In this document: positions 48,781 to 58,258 of the stretch, piece by piece | Position numbering within the stretch: the stretch's first letter is position 1 | How the letters are laid out: every line of letters starts with the position of its first letter | Source: an uncultured delta proteobacterium | Lineage (GTDB): Bacteria > Myxococcota_A > UBA9160 > UBA4427 | Assembly (NCBI GenBank): GCA_963822965.1 | Contig: CAWGJT010000009.1 | Coordinates: 128,001-192,000 of the forward strand | Reading direction: 5' to 3' | Length of the DNA: 64,000 nt | Made by a program: the position numbers and the translations under genes | Notes under the pieces: model-generated | Seen by the model: the letters and a program-made list of their open reading frames with translations, nothing else | What the model was told of the DNA's origin: nothing | The model's database searches: none

Positions 48781-50706
48781 CCGGATTCATCGGGCCCTGG
48801 GCGCCGCCGTTGCTGGACGCCATGGTGGCCGCGCTTCGCAAGCGGTCCCGACGGCGAGGGCCGGCACTTCGACGCGCCGGCAGGCCTCGCGCTCGGGCAC
48901 AGCCGGCTGTCCATCATCGACCTCTCGGAGTCGGCCACCCAGCCGATGACCAGCGCGTGCGGTCGCTACACGATCACGTTCAACGGCGAGATCTACAACT
49001 ACAAGAGCCTGCGCGCCGATCTCGAAGCCCAGGGGATTCGTCTGCGCAGCTCGGGCGATACCGAGGTGCTGCTGGAGCTGTTCGCGCGGGAGGGCGTGGC
49101 GTGCCTGCGGCGGCTGCACGGCATCTTCGCCTTCGCGGTCTGGGACGCCCACGAGCGCCGGCTCTTCCTCGCGCGGGACCATCTCGGCGTGAAGCCGCTC
49201 TACTACGCGCCGCTCTCCGAGGGCTTCCTGTTCGCATCCGAGCTCAAGGCGCTGACCCTGTGCCCCGACCTGCCGCGGGACATCGACGGGGTCGCGGTCG
49301 CCGACCATCTCGGCTTCCTGTGGACGGCCGGCGAAGCGACCATGCTCCGCGCCGTGCGCAAGCTGCGGCCCGGCTGTGCCATGCAGGTCGACGGCGACGG
49401 GATCCGGGTGGAGCGCTGGTACCGCACGCCCATCGCGGGCGCGACGGCCGGGCCGGGCGGCACCGCGGACGACCTCCGCGCCCTCATCGATCGCACGGTG
49501 GCCGAGCAGATGGTGGCGGACGTCGACGTGGGCGCGCTCCTGTCGGGCGGGGTCGACTCGAGCGCGATCGTCGCCTCCATGGGGCAGGTGACCGGGGCGG
49601 ATCGCATCACGACCTTCTGCGCCAGCACCGGGCGTGGCGCGGCCGCGGACAACATCGGCGACGACGCCGGATTCGCACGCCTGGTCGCCGGCGTCCTCGG
49701 CGTCGAGCTGATCGAGGTGCCCGTCGACGCCGCGATGGCGGACGCCCTGCCCGAGATGATCTGGGCGCTGGACGAGCCGACCGCCGACTTCGCCGCCCTG
49801 CAGACCCAGCTGCTCGCCCGGGCGGCACGCGAGAACGGCATCAAGGTGCTGCTCTCGGGCGTCGGAGGAGACGATCTGTTCACCGGCTACGGCCGGCACA
49901 CGGCGGCGCTGATCTACGAGATGCTGGATCGGCTGCCCGGTGCCCGACCGCTGGCCGGGGCGCTGCTGTCGCGTCTGCCGTCGCGATCTCTCGCGGGCCG
50001 GCGGTTCGCGCGCATCGGCACGCTGCTGGCGATGGACGAGGAGACGATGCTGGCCGAGGCCATGAGCCTGTCGTCCGTGGCCGGCGTCAATCGCAACGTC
50101 CTGCTCGCGCCCGCGGTCCGCGCCGTCGTTCCGCCCGACGGCATTCCGGAGCCCTTCTTTCGATCGCTCGTGGCCACCCGCGGACGCCATCCCGTGGAGC
50201 GGCTGCTCGACCTGGAGCTGAACGGCTTCATGCCCGACCACAATCTCAACTACACCGACAAGATGGCGATGCTGGAAGGCGTGGAGGTCCGGGTGCCGTT
50301 GTGCGCACCGCAGCTCGTGGAGTTCGCCGCGGCGCTGCCGTTGCACGCCAAGATCTCCCTGCGCAACACCAAGCGCATCCTGCGCGAGTCCCAGAAGAGC
50401 CGACTGCCGGAGTCGGTGCTGACCCGGCCCAAGCAGGGCTTCGGCGTGCCGATGCGCGCCTGGCTGCACGGTCCGGCGCGGGCCATGATGGAAGATCTCA
50501 CCGCCGAGCCCGTGGTCGCGGCCCGCGGCCTCTTCGACGCCCCGGCGGTGGCGCGCGTGAAGCGCGACTTCCTGGCCGGCCGCAACGACGCCGCGATGAC
50601 GCTGTTCGCGATGATGGCGATCGAGCTGTGGTGTCGCGCCCTGACGGTGCAGCCGACTGCGGTCGATGCCCGCACGAACGCCCGCAGCAGCACCGGAGCG
50701 CCCTGA
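48768..50706 (+). CDS. asnB: asparagine synthase (glutamine-hydrolysing) family amidotransferase, frameshift near 48843
   Basis: MCGIAG, LSIIDL, FNGEIYNY, LSGGVDSS, LSGVGGDDLFTGY, KQGFGVP. Confidence 0.92.
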
Positions 50707-50779
50707 CTCCGAGCCTGCCCGGGCTCGCTGGCGGCATCGGGTGGCTTTTGCCGTGGACCGTGAGAAGTCCTCCAGCGCG

Positions 50780-51242
50780 GGGGGCTCGTCTACAACCAGA
50801 GCGAGTTCGTGGAGGGATACAGCTCCCCGTTCTGGACCCTGCTGCTGATCCCCCTGCGCGCGACGGGCCTCGACTACTTCACGATCACGGTGCTGCTGGC
50901 GGTCGTGTGCTTCGCGACGTTCGGGCTGCTGGTGGAGCCCACAAGAAGGGGCTGAAGCCGCTCGCCCGGGATCTCGTGGGGATCGAGAGGGCCGCCGACC
51001 GGATCGGGCCGGGCATGTACCGCGAGGCCGTGGCCCAGGGACGGGTCCCCGCCTGGATCGCGGCGAATCTCGCCTCGATCGAGCTCATCGAGGCGAAGAT
51101 CTACAACACGCACCGGCTGGGCGGGAACCTCCCGCTCGCGCTGACCTTCCCGGCGCCGATCGACCCGTCCCCCGGTCGCGGCCCGGCGGCCCGCGAGCTT
51201 CTGGCGAGCGGCATCCCGGTTCCACCGCCCCGCGAGGAATAG
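50780..51242 (+). pseudogene. internally deleted AftB-like GT-C membrane glycosyltransferase remnant
   Basis: GLVYNQSEFVEGYSSPFWTLLL N-terminal motif followed directly by an apparent C-terminal segment in another frame. Confidence 0.5.
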
Positions 51243-51384
51243 AGGGCGAAGAAGGCTCGCCCGGGCACGGGCTGCCCCTGAGGGGCCCGGCGTCGGCATC
51301 CCGCTGCCGACCGCTCGACAAAACGGCGTATCCATCCGCACACCGATGACGTAGATTGGGTGTCGAGTAGAGCGGGTAGTGCTC

Positions 51385-52413
51385 ATGCGTTGGTCCACGC
51401 GCCTGATCGTGTCGGCGCTGGCCACCGTCGTCTCGACGGTGTCGCTCGGTGTCGCCACTGCGGTCGCCCAGTCCGCCACTGCGGTCGCCCAGTCCGCCGC
51501 CGTTCCGGCCGCCCAGTCCGCCGCCGTTCCGGCCGCCCAGTCCGCCGCCGTTCCGGCCGCCCAGTCCGCCGCCGTCCCGGACGGCAGCCCGACGACCGGG
51601 GAAGACAGCCCGGTCGAGTCGGCCCGCCGCGCCGCGGCGCGCGCCCAGAAGGAGCTCGACGAGGCCCGGAAGGCTCTCGACGAGGCCCAGGCCCGGGTGG
51701 CCCAGAAGACCCGCCGGGTCGAGGAGCTCGAAGCGGCCCCGGCCGCGGCGTCTTCCGAAGCCGCTCCCGCCGACGCGGAGAAGGAGGCGCAGGCGGCCGT
51801 CGAGGAGGCGCGCAGGCGCGCCGAGCAGGCGGAGCGTCGGGCCGACGAGGCGAACCGCCGGGCGCGCGAAGCGATCGCCCGGGTCGAGGCGCTCGAATCG
51901 CGACTCGCCTACGACCGGACGGGTCTCTTCATCGGCGGCAGCGCCTTCTACGCCCCCGAGGCCTTCGACCAGGAGCACGGCCTGGTCGTCAAGAGCTCGA
52001 AGGGCGCGACGGCGCGCATCGGCTACCGCTTCCACCCGAACTTCGCCCTCGACGTGCGGGCCGACTATCTCGACAAGTTCGAGATCCACGACGACTTCGC
52101 GGCCGGCAAGATCGACGGCTACGCGATCACGGGAAACGTGCGCGCGTTCCTCTTCCCGAAGCGCTTCCAGCCGTGGCTCGGCGTCGGCGCCGGAGCGATC
52201 ACCACCGACTTTCCCGCCCACTACAACGACGGCGTGAAGGTCGACACCAACGGGAAGGAGACCGACCCGATCTTCCGGGTGGCCGCCGGCTTCGACGAGT
52301 ACCTCTCCTCGAGCCTCGTATTGACCGTCGAAGCGGCGTTCAACGTCGTCGGCGACCATCGCGACTACATCAACTACGGGCAGCTGGCCGTGGGCCTGGA
52401 CTATCGCTTCTAG
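51385..52413 (+). CDS. outer-membrane beta-barrel protein with N-terminal repeats and coiled coil
   Basis: Signal peptide, QSAAVPAA repeats, coiled coil, RIGYRF...QPWLGVGAG...VGLDYRF terminal Phe. Confidence 0.82.
   Translation: MRWSTRLIVSALATVVSTVSLGVATAVAQSATAVAQSAAVPAAQSAAVPAAQSAAVPAAQSAAVPDGSPTTGEDSPVESARRAAARAQKELDEARKALDEAQARVAQKTRRVEELEAAPAAASSEAAPADAEKEAQAAVEEARRRAEQAERRADEANRRAREAIARVEALESRLAYDRTGLFIGGSAFYAPEAFDQEHGLVVKSSKGATARIGYRFHPNFALDVRADYLDKFEIHDDFAAGKIDGYAITGNVRAFLFPKRFQPWLGVGAGAITTDFPAHYNDGVKVDTNGKETDPIFRVAAGFDEYLSSSLVLTVEAAFNVVGDHRDYINYGQLAVGLDYRF
51451..51579 (+). repeat. in-frame tandem repeat (21-bp unit x2, then 24-bp unit x~4)
   Basis: GCCCAGTCCGCCGCCGTTCCGGCC units encoding AQSAAVPA. 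Confidence 0.9.
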
Positions 52414-52467
52414 CCGGCCGGCCCCCGTTCGGCTTCCGACCCGCGGTCGGAACAAAGGGAGGATCCC

Positions 52468-52983
52468 ATGAAGATCAACGGCCTGCTGCTGCTCGCGACC
52501 CTCTCGCCGCTTCTCGGGTGCTCGTCCATGCCCCTGCTGCCGGGGGGCTCGAACCTGGCCACCGTCGGCTACGTGAACGACGCCAACCAGAAGACCCTCG
52601 AGAGCGACCTCCCCGCGCGCATGGACGCGATGCTCGTCGACGATCGCAAGCAGATCGCGCAGCTGCAGCAGCGCGTGATCTCCCAGGCGACGGAGATCGA
52701 GGCTGCGAACCGGCAGCTCACGAGTCTGTCCCAGCAGATCGAGCAGCTCGGCAAGGAGATGCAGAGCCAGGCCGAGACCTTCCAGTCCCTGGCGGAGAAC
52801 CTGCGCGCTACGACCACGCGGCTCGACGCGACGCTGTCCGGACTCCCGACGGACACCCTGCGCCTGTTCAGCGACGCCCTGCAGAGCTACCTGGCGGCGC
52901 GGGACGCGCAGCCACCGCCCGTCGAGGCCGCGAAGGTCCAGCCGGGGGACGCCGCCCAGGCGCCGAAGCCCGAGGGCGGGTAG
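52468..52983 (+). CDS. coiled-coil lipoprotein
   Basis: Lipobox LLGC; Gln-rich heptads; GGGAGG RBS. Confidence 0.8.
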   Translation: MKINGLLLLATLSPLLGCSSMPLLPGGSNLATVGYVNDANQKTLESDLPARMDAMLVDDRKQIAQLQQRVISQATEIEAANRQLTSLSQQIEQLGKEMQSQAETFQSLAENLRATTTRLDATLSGLPTDTLRLFSDALQSYLAARDAQPPPVEAAKVQPGDAAQAPKPEGG

Positions 52984-52990
52984 GCGCTCC

Positions 52991-54889
52991 TCAGCCCGGG
53001 GACACGGCGCTGGCAGCGGGGGTGAGAATCCCGGAGCCACGCTCGCCGTTGGTGTCGGCGAGATGGGCGTCGAGGGTCGCGTCGGAGATGCCGGCCCGGC
53101 GCAGGCGCAGGGCAGGACCCAGGCGGGAGAGGTGGAACACGAAGACCGTGAGCGCGAAGCCCGCGATCACGATGGCGAAGACGGCGAGGGGACCGGGGTT
53201 GCCACCCGTGGCCTCCAGGTTCGACTTCACCCACCACGCGAGGCCCACGGTGGTCGCGAGGGCGAGCGCCGCCATGCGCAGGACGTCCGCCAGCAGCCTG
53301 CCCGGACCGCGCCGCCGGACCCGCTTCAGCTCGCCGCGCGAGAAGTAGTCGAGGAACCAGCCCGTGTCCTCGTCCACCTCGCGGTTGCCCGGCGGAGACA
53401 GGGTACGTCCCGTGAGCGGGTCGAGCGCGAGCTCGCCGCGTCGGTGCGCGGCCACGCCTGCCAGGATCGCGCGGTGCACGACCTCGTCGATCGGGAAGCG
53501 CCACGCGATGCAGAAGGCAGCGATCGAGAAGGCAGACGGCGTGAGGGCGAAGACCGCGCGGATCGCGAGCACGACCTCCCCGGACTGCGGGACGTTCGGC
53601 TGATAGCCGAGCCAGGCGAGCAGGGCCAGGGGGAGCGACGCGCTCGGGATCACGATGAACTTGGGAACGAGCCCCCACAGCGCCAGGTACTGGGCCTCCC
53701 GGCGCTTGCCGGTGTGCAGCTCGTCGTAGTCGATGACGTCGGCCTGGAGGGCGGGCGGCAGGAAGAGCCCCGCTCCGAAGCTCGAGCCCGCCCACGCGAT
53801 CACGAAGAGACCCGCGACGTTGTCGCCCTCGCCCAGCAGGAAGAGCGCCAGCCCGCCCGTGATGCCCATGACGAAGCTCGCGAGCCAGGCGTTCAGCTTG
53901 CCGATGCGCTTCGCGAGCATCAGCCAGAGCGGAAGACAGAGGAGTCCGGACAGGAAGTAGGCGGCCAGGTACATCGAGAGCCAGCCCTGGGCGGCGTCTG
54001 CGGGCACGGGGGGCGGGTTCAGCACGTAGCGGTTGAAGTAGGGCATCAGCAGCCCCGGGATCGCGCCGGGGATGCTGGCCACCACGTAGCAGGAGAAGAG
54101 CACGAAGAAGGGCCGGTTGCGCAGCGCGCGGCGCACGCCGGGAACGAGGGGGTTCGACTTGCGCATCACGAACTCGGGACGCTCGCGCACGCGAGCCACC
54201 AGCAGCCAGTAGAGGCCGATCATCACCGCCCCGTACGCGATGGACATGTACATGAAGGCCCGGCGCTCGTCGCCCATCAGTGGAATCAGGATGCCGGGCA
54301 CGACCGCGGCGACCAGCGTCCCCAGGAGCGAGAAGCCCTCCCGCACCGAGAACAGACTCGAGCGCTCGTGGTAGTCCAGGGTGAGCTCCGGCCCGAGCGC
54401 CGCGTGCGGCAGGCCGTAGAGCATGTTGAGCACGAAGAAGAGCATCAGGGTGCTGCCGAACCAGACCGCCGCCCCCGACGGCGCCAGCCACACGGGCGGC
54501 GTGAAGAGCGCGACGAAGACCACGGCCGCGAGGGGGGCGGCGACGGCGATCCACGGCCTGCGCCTGCCCCAGCGGGAATGCGTGTGATCGGAGAGCCAGC
54601 CCACGAAGGGATCGATGATGGCGTCGAGCACGCGGGCCAACGCGGAGGCCAGCGCCACCCAGGCCAGGGGCACGAGGACCGTGTCCGAGTAGAACGGATT
54701 GACGTGGATCGCGACGGGGATCGCCATGGCGGCGCCGGCGATGCTCGGCGCGCCGTAGACGAGCTTCGTGCCCAGCGAGAGCTTCTCGCGTTCCCCCTCC
54801 GGCTCCGGCTCGGAAACCGCACTCTCCGTCACGATGACCTGATCTCCACCGCCTCGCGCGGCCGGCGGGCGGGGCGCGGTGGACGCCAC
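52991..54889 (-). CDS. MFS transporter, GPH/MelB family, with C-terminal extension
   Basis: DAIIDPFVGWLSD, SRWGRRRPW, PHAALGPELTLDYHERS, ADVIDYDELHTGKRRE; start uncertain. Confidence 0.9.
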   Translation of the reverse strand: MASTAPRPPAARGGGDQVIVTESAVSEPEPEGEREKLSLGTKLVYGAPSIAGAAMAIPVAIHVNPFYSDTVLVPLAWVALASALARVLDAIIDPFVGWLSDHTHSRWGRRRPWIAVAAPLAAVVFVALFTPPVWLAPSGAAVWFGSTLMLFFVLNMLYGLPHAALGPELTLDYHERSSLFSVREGFSLLGTLVAAVVPGILIPLMGDERRAFMYMSIAYGAVMIGLYWLLVARVRERPEFVMRKSNPLVPGVRRALRNRPFFVLFSCYVVASIPGAIPGLLMPYFNRYVLNPPPVPADAAQGWLSMYLAAYFLSGLLCLPLWLMLAKRIGKLNAWLASFVMGITGGLALFLLGEGDNVAGLFVIAWAGSSFGAGLFLPPALQADVIDYDELHTGKRREAQYLALWGLVPKFIVIPSASLPLALLAWLGYQPNVPQSGEVVLAIRAVFALTPSAFSIAAFCIAWRFPIDEVVHRAILAGVAAHRRGELALDPLTGRTLSPPGNREVDEDTGWFLDYFSRGELKRVRRRGPGRLLADVLRMAALALATTVGLAWWVKSNLEATGGNPGPLAVFAIVIAGFALTVFVFHLSRLGPALRLRRAGISDATLDAHLADTNGERGSGILTPAASAVSPG

Positions 54890-55098
54890 GCGCCCGTCGC
54901 GGGCGGCATCCGGCGCTCCATCCGTGCGAGAGACCCTTCATCATACCCGGGATACGGGAGGCCGGCATCGAGGCCGCCCGCCCCCCGCACCGGGGACTCC
55001 GAGTCGCTGGGGGGCAACGCTTTCCGCCTCCACCGCCGCCGGCCGTCGCCATGAAAACCCGGGCGAAGAAGGCGGGCCGGGGGGTGTAGAATCCGGGC

Positions 55099-56637
55099 GT
55101 GCGCTCCCCGATGCGACGATCCCGCCGGGCTGCTCGTTTCATCTCGATCGGCTGTGCGCTGATCGCCCTCACGGGCTGCGCGGTGACGTACACTCTCGAC
55201 CGGACCTGGGTCGAGGTGCAGAGCGAGCACTTCACGATCACCAGCGACATGCGGGTGGAGGAGGCGGAGAAGCTCGCCAGGACCCTCGAGCTCTTTCGTG
55301 CCTCGGTGCTGCTGATCACCAGCGCCCAGTCGCTGGACGCCAGGATCCCCACCCGGGTCTTCTTCTTCCGAAGCGAGGCTACGTTCCGGTCGTTCCAGCC
55401 TCCCGGCGGCGCGGGGCTCGTGGGGTACCTCTCGCGTCAACTCCGCGCGAACTTCATGACGATGGTCGACTCGAGCGACGTGGATCCCGAGCGGATCCTC
55501 CGTCACGAGTACGTCCACTTCCTGGTCCACAACGAGACCAGCCGCATCTACCCTCCATGGTACGACGAGGGCTTCGCGGAGCTTCTCAGCACGGCGAGCC
55601 GGGTGGGAGACTACGTCGCCGTGGGCATGGTCCCGGAGGACCGGATCCGGGAGCTCCGGACGACGGCGTGGATTCCCATGCAACGGATTCTCTCGTACGA
55701 CGGAACCGGGAGGTGGTCGGCCCGAGAGCTCTCCATGTTCTACGCGGAGTCCTGGGCGCTGCTCCACTTCCTGTCCCGGGACCTCGAGCACGCCGTCGCA
55801 CTCGGACACTCGGTCGAAATCTATCTCGACCAGGTGGAGTCCGGGGCGAGCGTGGAGGCGGCCGGCCAGGCGGCGTTCGGCATGAGCGTCGCCGAGCTCG
55901 ACGAGCAGGTCCGCCACTACCTCACGAGCGGCTCTTTCACCCCCATCGGCGTCCGCGTGGACCGCCTGCAGTGGAGCGAGGAGACCCACTCGCGAGTCCT
56001 CCCCCGGGCGGTGGTGGCGGAGCGGCTGGGCGAGCTGTCTCTCGCGCTCGGCAGGACGGGGCATGCGGAGTCGTTCTTTCGAGCCGCACTCGCCGAGGAT
56101 CCCGGGCTCGCGCGCGCGTACGCCGGACTGGGCGACATCCTGACGTCGAGGGAGCAGTGGAGCGAGGCCGAGCAGCACTTCGCGAAGGCCGTCGAGCTGG
56201 CGCCCGACGAGCCCCTGAACCAGCTCGACTACGGGGAGTACTGGCTCGCCCGAGCGGAACGGACCGAGGAGCCCGACCTGCGGCGCGCACATCTCGAGCG
56301 CGCGCGTTCGCGGTTGCAGCGGGCCGTCGATCTGGACGAGTGGAAGCCCGAGCCCTGGGCGGTCTACGGAGCCACCTTTCTCGTGGAGGGCGAGGACCCG
56401 AGCCGGGGTGTCCCGTGGCTCGAGCAGGCCCTGCGCCTGCTTCCGTCGAGCCCCTGGATCCAGCTCAGGCTCGCGGAGGTCTACGTCGACGTGGACGAGA
56501 AGCCGAAGGCGAAGATCCTGCTCCGGCGCATCCTGAGCTGGAGCGCCGAGAGCGACCCGACGGCGCAGAAGGCCCACGAGCTCATGCAGCAGCTCGAATC
56601 GAAGGGCCCTACGACGGATCATCCGGGCTCGGGCTAG
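55099..56637 (+). CDS. lipoprotein with HExxH (DUF1570/peptidase MA-like) domain and TPRs
   Basis: Lipobox LTGC; WVEVQSEHF; LRHEYVH...WYDEGFAE; FYAESWALLHFL; TPR repeats. Confidence 0.8.
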   Translation: MRSPMRRSRRAARFISIGCALIALTGCAVTYTLDRTWVEVQSEHFTITSDMRVEEAEKLARTLELFRASVLLITSAQSLDARIPTRVFFFRSEATFRSFQPPGGAGLVGYLSRQLRANFMTMVDSSDVDPERILRHEYVHFLVHNETSRIYPPWYDEGFAELLSTASRVGDYVAVGMVPEDRIRELRTTAWIPMQRILSYDGTGRWSARELSMFYAESWALLHFLSRDLEHAVALGHSVEIYLDQVESGASVEAAGQAAFGMSVAELDEQVRHYLTSGSFTPIGVRVDRLQWSEETHSRVLPRAVVAERLGELSLALGRTGHAESFFRAALAEDPGLARAYAGLGDILTSREQWSEAEQHFAKAVELAPDEPLNQLDYGEYWLARAERTEEPDLRRAHLERARSRLQRAVDLDEWKPEPWAVYGATFLVEGEDPSRGVPWLEQALRLLPSSPWIQLRLAEVYVDVDEKPKAKILLRRILSWSAESDPTAQKAHELMQQLESKGPTTDHPGSG

Positions 56638-56640
56638 CCG

Positions 56641-56663
56641 AGGGAGCCCGTCGGGCTCCCTTT
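56641..56663 (+). terminator. intrinsic terminator hairpin
   Basis: AGGGAGCCCGTCGGGCTCCCTTT just after the stop; a second hairpin at about 56675-56701 lies between the convergent genes. Confidence 0.6.
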
Positions 56664-56705
56664 GCGGCGGAACCGCGACCCAGGACCTCGTCTTGGGTCG
56701 CGCTC

Positions 56706-57239
56706 CTAGGCCTGATCCGAAGCGTCCGCTCCCGGCGGGCGGGCCTTCTGGTCGGCGAGCAGCTGCTCCAGCTCCGCTTCGAAGCTCCTGCGGCTCCCGC
56801 CGACGCCGAGGGCCGCCCAGATGGGTGCCAGGCGCTGCACGCGCACCAGGAAGGAGTCGCGGAAGTACTCCTCGTCGAGGTAGCCCTGCTGGTACTGGAA
56901 GAAGAGGTTGTCCCAGTGGGTCTGCTGCGCGATCTGCCACAGGCGGAAGCGCCCGCGCTCGATCGGGGTGAGCTGGTCGAGGGAGGCCACGTTCTCGGGA
57001 TAGCCGAGCCCCGTGAGCTTGCTGATGATCGGTGCGATGTGCTCCGACTCCGACGCGCGCACGAGCATCTCCTGGAGCGCGTCGGCCCGCATCTGGTAGG
57101 TCTGCGCCAGGGCCAGCCGGCGGTTCTCCCGCATGGCCTGGTTGCTCTGGCGGATCTGCACCGCGAGATACACCAGCGTGATGACGACGGCGATCGCGCC
57201 GACGAACTCGCCCAGGGCCCCGAGCTCCATCAAGGTCAT
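56706..57239 (-). CDS. hypothetical membrane-anchored protein
   Basis: MTLMELGALGEFVGAIAVVITLVYLAVQIRQ N-terminal TM helix; GGAGGAG RBS. Confidence 0.8.
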   Translation of the reverse strand: MTLMELGALGEFVGAIAVVITLVYLAVQIRQSNQAMRENRRLALAQTYQMRADALQEMLVRASESEHIAPIISKLTGLGYPENVASLDQLTPIERGRFRLWQIAQQTHWDNLFFQYQQGYLDEEYFRDSFLVRVQRLAPIWAALGVGGSRRSFEAELEQLLADQKARPPGADASDQA

Positions 57240-57328
57240 GCCCGCTCCTCCCGGTCGCTAACGTCGTGAGAGTTTCTGGCTCCGGGGCTCGGCGCGCCAT
57301 GCGCCCCGCGCCGACGCTTCCGGCGGCC

Positions 57329-58132
57329 TCAACGGACCGGCGGATCCGCGAACGTCTGCCAGCCGGCGCCGGCACCGGCCCGGAGAGCGCCCACGAGGAT
57401 CCGGTCGATGCGCGGCTCGGCGGCCAGCGCAAGAGCGGTCTCCCGGGCCAGGCGGCGCTCCGCCTCCGACTCGACCTTGTTGAGGAGCACGGCGACCCGA
57501 CAGGCTTCAGGCGCGCCCTTGCAGCCGCCTTCGGGGTGCGCCAGCAGGCGGGCCAGCGCGGCGGGGGTGAGGTGTTCGTCCGGGGCGGTCCCCGTCAGCG
57601 CCTGCACGAGCTCGGGGCGGTGGGCCACCCGACCCAACGGGCCCGCCAGGGCGTCGATTCCCGCGACGACGACCAGCAGGGTCGTCTCGCCGGGAACCAC
57701 GGGTTCGTGGGCGGCGGGCGCCTTGGTGGGCCGCATGCGCGAGCCGTCGGCCTCGACGGCCACGCCATCGACGTTCGGGTGCGCCAGGATGCGGGCGGGC
57801 CGGTCCGGGGGAACCCCGAAGGCCTTCTCGCCTTCGACGGGACCGGTGACGAGCAGCCCCGGCACACCAGCGTCGAGGGCGCGCTCGAGGCCGGGGGACT
57901 CGTGGCTGCACCAGGCCGGCGCCCGGGCGATCTGGGCGGCGAAGATCCGGGTGGTCGTGGTCACCACCCATCGGCCCGGTCCCTCGCCGAGGGCGAAGAG
58001 CAGGCTGGTCTTGCCGCCTCCGCCCACGATGGAGACGAGCTCGCCCCGCTGCACGATTCCGAGCGCTTCCCGGAGTGGCGCTTCGAATCGCCCCATCGAG
58101 GTCGCAGCCGCAACGCTCTTCGCGGTGTCCAC
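57329..58132 (-). CDS. yqeC: selenium-dependent hydroxylase accessory protein YqeC-like
   Basis: IVGGGGKTSLL, TTTTRI, VEADGSRMRPTKAPAAHEPVVP, HRPE, LLNK. Confidence 0.85.
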   Translation of the reverse strand: MDTAKSVAAATSMGRFEAPLREALGIVQRGELVSIVGGGGKTSLLFALGEGPGRWVVTTTTRIFAAQIARAPAWCSHESPGLERALDAGVPGLLVTGPVEGEKAFGVPPDRPARILAHPNVDGVAVEADGSRMRPTKAPAAHEPVVPGETTLLVVVAGIDALAGPLGRVAHRPELVQALTGTAPDEHLTPAALARLLAHPEGGCKGAPEACRVAVLLNKVESEAERRLARETALALAAEPRIDRILVGALRAGAGAGWQTFADPPVR

Positions 58133-58258
58133 GGGCCCGAGGGTACCGCGCGGGCCCGATCCCGGCCGATCCCCTCGGTATCCTGCTAGGTTCTTCGCCG
58201 CCTCTAGCGAAGCCGGCTCATCGCGCCGGGTTCGATCCTGCGCGAAGGACCCGCCGAC

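Noticed and set aside
51451..51579. Possible CRISPR array
   Set aside because: Contiguous in-frame tandem repeats without spacers; no cas genes.
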